A stretch of 64,000 nucleotides of DNA, from positions 928,001 through 992,000 of the forward strand of contig JBEKFP010000001.1 of NCBI GenBank assembly GCA_050013255.1. Direction: 5' to 3'. Positions 19,124 to 27,876 of the stretch are shown in pieces. The notes beneath the pieces are model-generated. The model was given only the letters and a program-made list of their open reading frames with translations, ran no database searches and was not told where the DNA came from. The position numbers and the translations under genes were made by a program. Numbering within the stretch: the first letter of the stretch is position 1; each line of letters opens with the position of its first letter. The DNA is from Candidatus Bathyarchaeia archaeon (GTDB taxonomy: Archaea; Thermoproteota; Bathyarchaeia; 40CM-2-53-6).

Positions 19124-19297
19124 TACTAACCGCTCATAACGCTCCACGGCAACATACACGAATCGCGCTGCTTCTACAAGTGGGGTAGAACCATGTGCTT
19201 CAACCCTGGAAGTGAGTACGGGGAAAGGATACTTCGCGGGTTGATTGTTATTTTGAAAGGGCCAAAGATGGAAGCCTACCAGTTCACGTCGGGCTAA
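19124..19297 (+). pseudogene. C-terminal remnant of a third metallophosphoesterase (absent from the ORF track)
   Basis: Translates Y*PLITLHGNIHESRCFYKWGRTMCFNPGSEYGERILRGLIVILKGPKMEAYQFTSG*, collinear with the C-termini of both intact copies. Confidence 0.85.
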
Positions 19298-19352
19298 CGC
19301 CCCGAAGGGTACAAATAGCGTAGGATAATTCTTCTCGGGTTCGGCAGGCCAC

Positions 19353-20141
19353 TTGCAATTGGAAAAAGTTCATGACGCTGCTAAACTGGATTCAATGATG
19401 AAAGAGGAAGGCCCACGCCTCGTCAGGGAAGGCACGAAACGTGGCCTCCACATGAGGCTTCTAGGAGCAATCGCGTTCCAGTACCATTGCCCAAAATACA
19501 GTTTTCTAACCGAAAAGTTGCACCGGCAACTCTCCGACGTTGACTTCGCAGGCTATAATTCTGAAAGGGCTGTGATGGATAAGATGATGCGGGAGTTCGG
19601 CTACTCGGATCAACCAATGATTTCAGCGCTGTTCGGGCACCAGCGAATGATTTGGGACAACGCGTCGAACGGGCTTCACGTTGACATTTTCTTCGATAAG
19701 CTAGAAATGAACCATGACATACCCTTCACAGGCCGCCTCGAACTTGAAGAGATGACCATACCACTTGCTGACATGCTTCTTGAGAAGATGCAAATTGTTC
19801 ACATAAACGAAAAGGACATTGTGGACACTATAATGCTTCTGCGAGAACATGCCATCGGTAATTCGGCGACCCCCGAAACTGTCGACGGAAGTTACTTGGC
19901 GAAAATTCTTTCAAACGAATGGGGCTTCTACTATACAGTCACTACTAACCTCAAGAAGGTTGAAGACCGACTAAACGTGTACCCAGAACTGACCGAAGAG
20001 GATCGAGCGGACGTCTCGAAGAAGATCCGTGAGCTGCTCTCAATTCTGGATAAGCAGCCGAAATCGCTTGCGTGGAAACTTAGAGCCCGAGTGGGGCCGA
20101 AGACCAAGTGGTATAAGGAAGTAGAAGACGTAAAACGCTAA
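19353..20141 (+). CDS. Uncharacterised Pol-beta-superfamily nucleotidyltransferase
   Basis: RLLGAIAF...SDVDF (hG[GSA]...DxD), a third acidic strand HVDIF, and LLEKMQIV.INEKD. Confidence 0.75.
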   Translation: MQLEKVHDAAKLDSMMKEEGPRLVREGTKRGLHMRLLGAIAFQYHCPKYSFLTEKLHRQLSDVDFAGYNSERAVMDKMMREFGYSDQPMISALFGHQRMIWDNASNGLHVDIFFDKLEMNHDIPFTGRLELEEMTIPLADMLLEKMQIVHINEKDIVDTIMLLREHAIGNSATPETVDGSYLAKILSNEWGFYYTVTTNLKKVEDRLNVYPELTEEDRADVSKKIRELLSILDKQPKSLAWKLRARVGPKTKWYKEVEDVKR

Positions 20142-20519
20142 GATAACGCCGTCTCCTTCGGGCAGGGTTCGTCTGGACTATATCACACATATCCCACGGC
20201 CGTTCGGCATAGGCGCGCACGCTTCGTCGCCGATTTCAATATGTGGTGTTGTTTTATGGGGATAACATATTACTCATCCCTACCGACGAGCAACCGGGCT
20301 GCGGCTGCACTATAGTAGATCGATTTCATTGGAACCTCTATGAGATCATGCCAGGCCAATGGCATGGAGGCCTACGCTCTCTCCTCGAATCTTCAAATTC
20401 CGTTAACATTTGAGTGAGCCTGTTCCATCTACTCGCCGGTAGAGACTCTCACTGACGCTTTCAAGATGACTACGAGACCAACGATAAGCCTATTTATCGA
20501 AGTAGTATGAAAGTTATAC

Positions 20520-20807
20520 TTGTTGAAATTGCAAGAGCCTGAAGTTGCTGTCGTGGGGACGAAAGGCCAGATGGTAATCCCGAGGCAAATGCGGATAGAG
20601 TTGAATATTAAACCGAAGACGAAGCTGGCGGTTTACCGGAGAGGAGACAAACTTGTGATAACGAAACTGAGAATTCCTTCATTAGGTCACGGGCTCAAAG
20701 AACTGTTCAGGGAAATTGATGAACAGTATAAAGAAAAAAAGAGGCCGACCGAGAGAGAGATACTGAATGAGATCCGGGCATACAGAATGGAGAGGCGGTT
20801 GACCTAG
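20520..20807 (+). CDS. AbrB/MazE/SpoVT-type antitoxin
   Basis: VGTKGQMVIPRQMR...KLAVYRRGDKLVI, directly upstream of a PIN gene. Confidence 0.85.
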   Translation: MLKLQEPEVAVVGTKGQMVIPRQMRIELNIKPKTKLAVYRRGDKLVITKLRIPSLGHGLKELFREIDEQYKEKKRPTEREILNEIRAYRMERRLT

Positions 20808-20816
20808 GCGCATCAG

Positions 20817-21239
20817 ATGGCAGTCGTTGTCATAGATACAAATGTCCTAATCTCTGCTCTACTAGGTCACGGGAAACCCAGAAGTCTGGTAACTAGGCTG
20901 CTGGCAGAACACGCAATAGTCACGTCAAGAGACATGTTAACCGAGCTTGCAGATGTTCTTTCTAGAGAGAAGTTCCTGGAAATAAAGCGCGCGCAGGTTA
21001 ACGCGTTCCTCTCAATCTTGCTAAGCAAAGCTTCGGTCGTAAGGGTCGAGCATCACCTCAATGTGGTAGCGGAAGACCCAGATGACAACATAGTCCTGAG
21101 TACCGCATTGAAGGAAAAAGCCGACTACATAGTCACAGGAGACAAACACTTGCTGAACCTGAAAGAGTTCAGGGGAATCAAGGTCCTCACCGTCAAAGGC
21201 ATGCTCGACCTATTGAAGGGCCGAATGCTTCATGGTTAG
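20817..21239 (+). CDS. PIN-domain toxin (VapC-like)
   Basis: VIDTNVLISA, EDPDDN and IVTGDKHLL. Confidence 0.9.
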   Translation: MAVVVIDTNVLISALLGHGKPRSLVTRLLAEHAIVTSRDMLTELADVLSREKFLEIKRAQVNAFLSILLSKASVVRVEHHLNVVAEDPDDNIVLSTALKEKADYIVTGDKHLLNLKEFRGIKVLTVKGMLDLLKGRMLHG

Positions 21240-21270
21240 AACAGGGAGAGATGAAGGTGAAGAGGAAAAG

Positions 21271-21530
21271 AGAACACGGGGCCTCGCCAAGGGAATAGAC
21301 ATCGAGGGCGTCCGGGAAGAGCATGAACGGCTTTAAGGTTGAACGATTCATACGTGTGGATTGAGTATTTTTCGAATGGGCCCTTGGCGAAGAAATATGC
21401 TTCTTACATTAAGGATGTAAGCGAGAATAACGCTGTCACGCCAACGGTTGTGATCTATGAGGTCCAAAAGAGGCTGATGGAAGAGAAGAGCGTGAAGAGC
21501 GAGCAGATTGCGCTCGAGGCTTACGCAACA
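21271..21530 (+). pseudogene. Remnant of a second vapBC module (antitoxin tail plus frameshifted, truncated PIN gene)
   Basis: RTRGLAKGIDIEGVREEHERL* overlaps an ATG at 21323 (MNGFKV), which shifts into NDSYVWIEYF...PTVVIYEV. Similarity ends near 21530. Confidence 0.65.
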
Positions 21531-21544
21531 TCTCCGTCTCTTGA

Positions 21545-21870
21545 TTACTCTGCCGCTTTTATGACAATCTTGTTCTTGTCCGCCAAATATACTGCGACTT
21601 CCTGCCCTATTTTGAGGTCAGCCTGTTTCATATCTCGGGCGGGAGTTATATTGATGGGTTTCCAGCCGCGCGAGTGATTTTGCGAATGAGCTTTAGTCTT
21701 GGGTTGAGTGACATGATCCTCTGCCGAATCGCATCTGCCTGTTCCATCGTGAAGAGTTCCTCGCCATCGACTGGGCAGCGTAGCGCTTTCACGTTCTTGA
21801 GTATAATTCCGAATTGTTCATACATTGTATTCACGGTTTGATACTCGGCGTGATGTTCAGGGCATTTCAT
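21545..21870 (-). pseudogene. YgiT/MqsA-like Zn finger-AbrB fusion, inactivated
   Basis: MKCPEH...NVKALRCPVDGEELF...RKITRAAGNPSI*LPPEI, then a frameshift into KQADLKIGQEVAVYLADKNKIVIKAAE*. Confidence 0.7.
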
Positions 21871-22229
21871 GATGACTCACGTCCCTTAGTGATCGTAATC
21901 CTAGCGATAAACGATATCCTTGAAGTATGACGTCGTGTGAGCTGCGGGTGTAGCAGTCAACCTGATTTTCACCCCGTTGTTCTTGTTAACATGCTTCATC
22001 ATTTATCGATGGGTTCGGCACCAAGTCCTGCGAGTGCGCGTTCAGCGTCTCTTAGATTTGCGAGTGCTCGTCTTTGAAGGTTCATGACATCGGAGAGAAG
22101 CTCTAGGTTTCGTGCAGCCTTCAAACGCGCACTACGCGAAAGAACGTGTAAATCCGAATAGGGAACAACCGGTTTTTTTCGAACGCAACTTTAAAGCCCA
22201 GCTGCCAGAGTGAGAAGGCGAAAGTTTCG

Positions 22230-22412
22230 GTGAGAAGGATGCAGTTCAGAAGGACAACGATGCTCTTACTTGTAGTATTGCTTGCGTTCTTTATTCGTAC
22301 CGAGACGCAACCTGCGACTGCGATTGGGATTGGTGGTGGGGGCGGCTTCCTGTATATGAGGAGACGAAAGGCTAAGGCGACTGCGCAGAACGCCCAGACG
22401 GGCAAGAAATAG
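22230..22412 (+). pseudogene. Possible internally deleted surface-protein remnant (signal-peptide-like start fused to an anchor-like tail)
   Basis: MRRMQFRRTTMLLLVVLLAFF followed directly by GIGGGGGFLYMRRRK. Confidence 0.35.
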
Positions 22413-22457
22413 AAAGTTCACAGCATAGAGATCTAGTTGGCTTGGAGCAAGTGATAC

Positions 22458-25400
22458 TTGGCGCCTAGGTGGGCCATTCTCCTACTATTGGTGGCTCTCG
22501 CACTCTCATTCGCTGCTCCCCCTGCTTCTGCTCACACAACCGTAGGAGACTTGACCGGAACATCCCCGTACCGAATAAACGATAATGAACTCACAATCCC
22601 CGGCGGCAATCATGTCCCCGGCCCCTTAGGATACGTCTGGCCAGGGAGCGGCCTCGACACATACTCGGGGGTAGCCTCCAACCCGCCCGGTTACCAGTCA
22701 CCCTTCACCAACCAACAACCGCTCCAGGAGGCAGGCGACTCCTACAGCCCCGAAGGTGCCATTCTCACCTCAACCGCCGACCACGACAGTGTGGGTGACT
22801 TGATCTTCGCCCTGAACTTCTCAAACCCGAATGCTTTCCCTAGCCCAAGCCGATTCAACTACACGAGCCTAGCAATCTACATCCCCGCGCCTGTCTTCGA
22901 CGCAACAGGCAAACTAATCCAAGATGGGTTCGAACCTGCCGCCGGAATCAACTGGGATCAAAGCGATAACACCAACATCGTCACCACCATCACCAACGAT
23001 TATGGCAGCATATTCGTGACCCGAGCAGATATGAACGATCCATTCGAACCCGGCTCATGGATCATATACATCCAAGCGCCACCGTCAGGGATCACGTTCA
23101 ACTTTAACAAGAACTTCGACAACTGGTATTACATTCGAATCAACCAGATGAAAGCACCTTTCACCGCTGGAAGATACTTTTTCAAAATGTTCCTCAACGA
23201 CTCTTACCCTGTGCACGACGGTGCGTCCGCTAATTTGATCGCGGGCACGGTGCCGATGGAAAATTGGCCAGTGCTCCTCGTTAAGGGCGAGGTGGACCCA
23301 GCCATAATTTCGGGCACGCTTAGGTATGGTGATCTGGACAGCACCCTCTATGGAAAACCTATCAACCTTCCAGGAATGGTCAGAGCGGTTGGAGTCGCAA
23401 ACGATCCACTGACAAACGAGCCGACGGGTCGGGCAGTTGAAGCACGGGGATATTTTAACGCAACCGCCCAAGGCCACTATGAGATAGAGGGGGTCGCCCC
23501 AGGGGTCTATGATATTTACGCTTCAGCGGCTGGGCTTCCCGAACAGAAAATAGCTAGCGATGTTAGGGTGACTCGGGGGCAGTCGCTTCAGCTCGATGGA
23601 TACCTTAACGTTGGCTTCCAACTGCGAGGTACAATATTTTCGGAACTAGGGTTTGGCGAAAGCTCGTGGCCCGCCCAACGACCGATCTCGGTAATCATTT
23701 ACAATAGCAAATCCTACGACGTTCCAAGCATCGAGACTGAGTCCCCCATCAACCTCACCGTTCCACCCTATACATCATACGTGAACGGAAACACCTACTT
23801 CTCAGCTACAGGTTTCAGCGGGTTAATTTCAGGGGTGACAGGTCCGAAAAAGGCCGCATTCCCTTGGGAAGGCCCCACAAGCTACTATACATACACGAAC
23901 CCAAGCATCAAAGATCCCTTCGGGTTGTTCAATGGCGTGGGCCCAGCTCAAGTCTGGTGGGTCGACCCCCGTGGCAACCTCGATCCCAACACAGGTCTAG
24001 GTTCATCAGTGTCGGAGTTCACTTTCCAATTCGGGTCGGAGGGCGTCTATGGTGTGCCAACGAGATTCTCAGGAATGGTTCCCGAAATCTTCGCCACATG
24101 GACGGACAGCCTAAGCCCCGGAACATACTACATTCGAGTCTTCCTGAATGGATATGTCCAGACTACTCCTGATGGGGAGACATTCGTGGATTACTCGTTC
24201 ACAGTCCCAGACATCGGCCCCTATAACACATTCATACCAATCGACCTCATACGATCATGCGGTATCAACGTTACAGTCCACTTCCATGACAACCCAAGTA
24301 CGCTTGTGGAGGGTACGATAGGAGGTCCTGACCCAGCACGGTATATGATAGCGGAAGCGTTCGCGCGAGATAACTCGCTGGCAGCATTCAACTTCACAGA
24401 AGTCTCTTCCTCAAAGTCTGAGATGTCTATACTGCTCAACGGTTTGGGAATGGCAGGGGATCCACTCCACGTATCCCCCTTCGACCCGAGAGCACCAATC
24501 AAGTATTCCCTCGCCAGGTACAGGGGCGAATACGACTATGGGCTCCCAACCGATACTTACACGGTCCGCGTATTCATGAGGGGCTACATTCAGGCCCTTC
24601 CACCAGCAACGTCATTCGACGAATTGGACCAACCACTATCGGTAAGCATCTCGGTTGGCAGCTGCCTCCTGGGAGCAAGCACCCACATGTACCGAGGCGG
24701 CAGCATCAACGCGTCCGTGACATCTACCGATTGGGAGAGGCCGCGGGTCGAACGGAACTGGGTGTGGAACAACACATCCGTAGATGTTCTAGTGTACGAC
24801 ATTTCATCCCGGAACTTCATAGATGTAATCAACTTCTGGAACGCTAAGATTGAGCAATGGTCGATACCGACTCAGAACTCAATGTTCACAAACCTCCCGT
24901 GGCCAGGTTGGCTAACATCATACGGGCCCGGTTCCAGCTACCTCATGACAAACGGAAGCGTATTCGTCGACAGCCTCGGACCTGACTTGCCCAGCGTAGC
25001 CTCCACAGACCCCGCCAATACCATGACGACCTTTGATTTCCTCCAGGAAAAGATCCACGAAGGTTTCCTGTTCAATTTCACCTACTACAGACTCCCCTCA
25101 TTCAGATCGAACTTGGCAATTTATCCGGGAACGTATGCGCTGAACGGTTGGACGTATGGGTATGTGCAGGGGAACGTGGTCACGCTTGGCGACCTTGGCA
25201 ACGTTTACGTGTCCGTCCCATGGCTCAGCCAAATGGCTGACATAAACCTCAACCTCATAGTCGGGGTAAACCTGACAGTAAGTGTTCTCTTCGAGACTGA
25301 GAAGATAATCTCTGGGACACCCTACAATATGTCTGTTAGGTTTCGCGTATTCGACGATCAAGATAGGCTTGTAGCCGCAACAACCCTATTCACATCAGAC

Positions 25401-26177
25401 GCCGGTATACTGCTCCCCTCATCAAACGTTGGCTTCTTCGCGAACGGAAGGAAACTCATTAGCCAAGCGCTCCCCGCGGGAACCACGCTGCTAACCTACA
25501 GGGATCTTGCTGGACTCTTCAGCTACGTGGAACCGAGCAGCGCAACGTCCCGCATCCAGAGCGTCACTCTCTTCCCCCGCGGACTTCTCCACGGAATATG
25601 GGGTAGCGGCGCATCCGTAGGCAGCTACTACGGATCCTGGACGGTGATGGTTGACTTCGTGAACTGGTACCGGCCCGCGGTCGCGTACCCACCCCCCCCA
25701 GCCCTCCTTCAAGGCGAATCGCCCTACTTCTTCCCATACAACCATCTTGGACCCTACGCGCAACAAGGATACACCCCCATATACACTCTCATCCTAAACG
25801 CTCCTCTCAGCGGCGAAGCTTCAGCCGAGTTCGAAGTTGACAGACGAGGGTACATTCAAGGAATTATACTTGGAATGAATTGGGACGATCAAACCAGAAC
25901 GATGAGTTGGGTAACCGTGGAGATTGTGGACAGTTCCGGGTACCAATATTACTGGTATACATGGGACGGATGGTTTGATGGCTACCTAAACCCAGGAACC
26001 TACCAGGCCACAATTACCGAATGGAACCATAACGAAGGCCACCAGCAAATAATGTTCACGCTTAACGTCAACCAAGGAGAACAGAATGATGCACTCAACT
26101 ACATTCTGGAAGAAAGCCAAATGCCAATACCTGAACTCCCAGCGATTCCCCTAACGTGCGAAAAATTCCTCTGGTAG
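22458..26177 (+). CDS. Large secreted/surface protein with carboxypeptidase-regulatory-like beta domains; C-terminal anchor appears truncated
   Basis: Signal peptide (..PPASA|H), GxYxI..A/PGTY repeats and many N-x-S/T sequons. Ends PIPELPAIPLTCEKFLW with no TM helix. Confidence 0.85.
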   Translation: MAPRWAILLLLVALALSFAAPPASAHTTVGDLTGTSPYRINDNELTIPGGNHVPGPLGYVWPGSGLDTYSGVASNPPGYQSPFTNQQPLQEAGDSYSPEGAILTSTADHDSVGDLIFALNFSNPNAFPSPSRFNYTSLAIYIPAPVFDATGKLIQDGFEPAAGINWDQSDNTNIVTTITNDYGSIFVTRADMNDPFEPGSWIIYIQAPPSGITFNFNKNFDNWYYIRINQMKAPFTAGRYFFKMFLNDSYPVHDGASANLIAGTVPMENWPVLLVKGEVDPAIISGTLRYGDLDSTLYGKPINLPGMVRAVGVANDPLTNEPTGRAVEARGYFNATAQGHYEIEGVAPGVYDIYASAAGLPEQKIASDVRVTRGQSLQLDGYLNVGFQLRGTIFSELGFGESSWPAQRPISVIIYNSKSYDVPSIETESPINLTVPPYTSYVNGNTYFSATGFSGLISGVTGPKKAAFPWEGPTSYYTYTNPSIKDPFGLFNGVGPAQVWWVDPRGNLDPNTGLGSSVSEFTFQFGSEGVYGVPTRFSGMVPEIFATWTDSLSPGTYYIRVFLNGYVQTTPDGETFVDYSFTVPDIGPYNTFIPIDLIRSCGINVTVHFHDNPSTLVEGTIGGPDPARYMIAEAFARDNSLAAFNFTEVSSSKSEMSILLNGLGMAGDPLHVSPFDPRAPIKYSLARYRGEYDYGLPTDTYTVRVFMRGYIQALPPATSFDELDQPLSVSISVGSCLLGASTHMYRGGSINASVTSTDWERPRVERNWVWNNTSVDVLVYDISSRNFIDVINFWNAKIEQWSIPTQNSMFTNLPWPGWLTSYGPGSSYLMTNGSVFVDSLGPDLPSVASTDPANTMTTFDFLQEKIHEGFLFNFTYYRLPSFRSNLAIYPGTYALNGWTYGYVQGNVVTLGDLGNVYVSVPWLSQMADINLNLIVGVNLTVSVLFETEKIISGTPYNMSVRFRVFDDQDRLVAATTLFTSDAGILLPSSNVGFFANGRKLISQALPAGTTLLTYRDLAGLFSYVEPSSATSRIQSVTLFPRGLLHGIWGSGASVGSYYGSWTVMVDFVNWYRPAVAYPPPPALLQGESPYFFPYNHLGPYAQQGYTPIYTLILNAPLSGEASAEFEVDRRGYIQGIILGMNWDDQTRTMSWVTVEIVDSSGYQYYWYTWDGWFDGYLNPGTYQATITEWNHNEGHQQIMFTLNVNQGEQNDALNYILEESQMPIPELPAIPLTCEKFLW

Positions 26178-26273
26178 GAATATTACCGAACCCACGACAT
26201 AGTGGGTTCGTATCCCACCATTTACCAGAATGCCAAGAATAACGATTCTGAATATGGATAGCTCCGATATCAG

Positions 26274-26405
26274 GAACGATATGCGCTCGGTGGAAGGGAC
26301 GCGCTAATTTTGGTGAGCTCAGAGTTCGAAACCTTCGATAAGGAACTGATCCGGCTTCGTAGGATTGAGCATGGTCGCCGCAAACTAATGATTCATTCCG
26401 CGTAA
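26274..26405 (+). pseudogene. C-terminal remnant of a PIN/VapC gene
   Basis: ERYALGGRDALILVSSEFETFDKELIRLRRIEHGRRKLMIHSA* fits the PIN C-terminal D...T.D pattern. Confidence 0.55.
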
Positions 26406-26470
26406 GTCGCACAATTAGGATTACAATCAATTAACGGAGCGAAGACTTGACGGAGCCTTCCATGTTTAGT

Positions 26471-26761
26471 CTATTTGTTTGTGGTTTTGTCCGCTATTTC
26501 TTTCGCGATTTGTTCCTTTGTTTTGCCTTCTGTGGTTATGCCGAGGCTTTTCGCGGCGACTAGAAGAGGGTCCTGCTCGGTCTCCTTTGTTGTTGAGGTT
26601 GTGGAGCTTGTGATTGATGATATTTCCTTGGTGCTCTTCTCGAACTCTTTCTTTGCCAGGCCGATTGATCTGGCTAGCTCGGGGAGTTTCTTTGGGCCCC
26701 AAAGAAAAACCACCAGTATGACCCCGACTACGACGAGCCACTCATACCCAATTAGTGCCAT
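26471..26761 (-). CDS. tatA: Twin-arginine translocase subunit TatA/E
   Basis: TM helix followed by WGPKKLPELARSIG.AKKEF. Confidence 0.92.
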   Translation of the reverse strand: MALIGYEWLVVVGVILVVFLWGPKKLPELARSIGLAKKEFEKSTKEISSITSSTTSTTKETEQDPLLVAAKSLGITTEGKTKEQIAKEIADKTTNK

Positions 26762-27051
26762 TGGGCTTCAACAAGAGTAATTTTCCTGTGGGCTGAATAT
26801 AAGGAAAACTGAACTTGAACTCAAAGAGACGCGTGCACCGCTTGCGTTTCAGAGCAAGAATTGAGCAGGACTTGACTATGGCTTAAGCGTTGCCCCGGTT
26901 GCTGGGGTTACAACGACCCAGAATGCCTCCCAACAATTAGTGAGTCAGTCGGGCTGAGCGCTTTCGTAACGTAGCTCAAGAGACACTCTTGATAAAGTAG
27001 ATTCGTGTACACACTCAGAAGCGTTGCCGTCGAGGCCTTGGAGAAAAACTG

Positions 27052-27267
27052 AAACCTCAACCCGACCCTACTGCGAGCGAAACTGTGGCAGCCTACTTGA
27101 CCAGCATCTCGGGCAACTATGACCCGAACAATGTTTGGGTTTACAACGATTTATGGGCGAGGGCTACGGGTTCAACGAGCCTTACGCCGGGCGAAGCGAT
27201 ATGGTTTCTGGTGACTTCCAGCTACGCTGAAGCCCTAGTGCAACAGCACTGGAGGCTGAACAATTGA
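27052..27267 (+). pseudogene. Probable fragment of an extracellular domain
   Basis: KPQPDPTASETVAAYLTSISGNYDPNNVWVY...LTPGEAIW resembles repeat modules of archaeal surface proteins; no signal peptide. Confidence 0.4.
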
Positions 27268-27308
27268 ACAATTGACTCGTTGCTCAGCCTACCGAGGCAG
27301 AAATCGAA

Positions 27309-27572
27309 ATGTCGCTAGCATTATCAGCGTGGACGGCCCATGGTGTAGACATGAATTCGAGCGAATTGGATCAGTTGCTCAAAGGCTATCTTGAGGCTAA
27401 GTTTGGGGCGGCTCTGGATTATTTTGCAATTGAGGGTCAGATGTCCCCTGACGCGACGGGCGATATGGGTGTCACGGGGAACTACCGAAAACATGCTAAT
27501 GAGAAGAACTTCTACTTCACGGCCACGGTCAACCTTACCTCACACGTAGTGCGGAATATGCAAGAATATTGA
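27309..27572 (+). CDS. Hypothetical protein (probable start 27351)
   Basis: ORF with globular composition filling the gap. Confidence 0.5.
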   Translation: MSLALSAWTAHGVDMNSSELDQLLKGYLEAKFGAALDYFAIEGQMSPDATGDMGVTGNYRKHANEKNFYFTATVNLTSHVVRNMQEY

Positions 27573-27720
27573 ACGTGCAGCGTGCTTCCTCGATCAAAGC
27601 AATTAGTTAACTCGTGAAAAATGGAGTTCGTTTTGAGCTAATTGACCCGGTGAAACGGGGCAGGGGTCCTCGTCCTTATACTTAGCAACCCACCTTAGGA
27701 CCACGAAGGACGTAGTGATG

Positions 27721-27849
27721 ATGACTCAAGGAAGATGCAAGAAATGCGGCTCCCCTGTCTACTCTATCGGATTACCCTCAGCCGAGGGTCTTTGCGTTAC
27801 ATGTGCCAGAGTAGAGGCCGCCAGGAAAATGAGTTTCAGCATTGAGTGA
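27721..27849 (+). CDS. 42-aa CxxC...CxxC zinc-finger micro-protein (below the ORF-track cutoff)
   Basis: MTQGRCKKCGSPVYSIGLPSAEGLCVTCARVEAARKMSFSIE*, ending 27 nt upstream of hflX. Confidence 0.65.
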   Translation: MTQGRCKKCGSPVYSIGLPSAEGLCVTCARVEAARKMSFSIE

Positions 27850-27876
27850 ACACGGCGTGTTTTGCAGTAAAAGTCT

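Noticed and set aside
19172-19190. Inverted repeat TTCTAC-N7-GTAGAA as an operator
   Set aside because: It falls inside the phosphoesterase remnant and is probably chance.
21339-21677. Intact 112-aa PIN protein from the ORF track
   Set aside because: The 3' half is the antisense strand of the Zn finger-AbrB pseudogene, so the ORF is chimeric.
21997-22085. Minus-strand MNLQRRALANLRDAERALAG as a HEPN-domain remnant
   Set aside because: Too short and degenerate to support.
26170-26229. tRNA T-arm-like GTGGG-TTCGTAT-CCCAC and an overlapping 9-bp hairpin CGAACCCAC/GTGGGTTCG (possible att site)
   Set aside because: No D or anticodon arm, non-canonical loop, too short for a tRNA, no integrase nearby, and it lies in decayed coding sequence.
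27665-27712. Possible pseudoknot (GGTCCT/AGGACC and CGTCCTT/AAGGACG) upstream of the Zn-finger ORF
   Set aside because: It overlaps the likely TATA box, so half would not be transcribed, and the stems are short.
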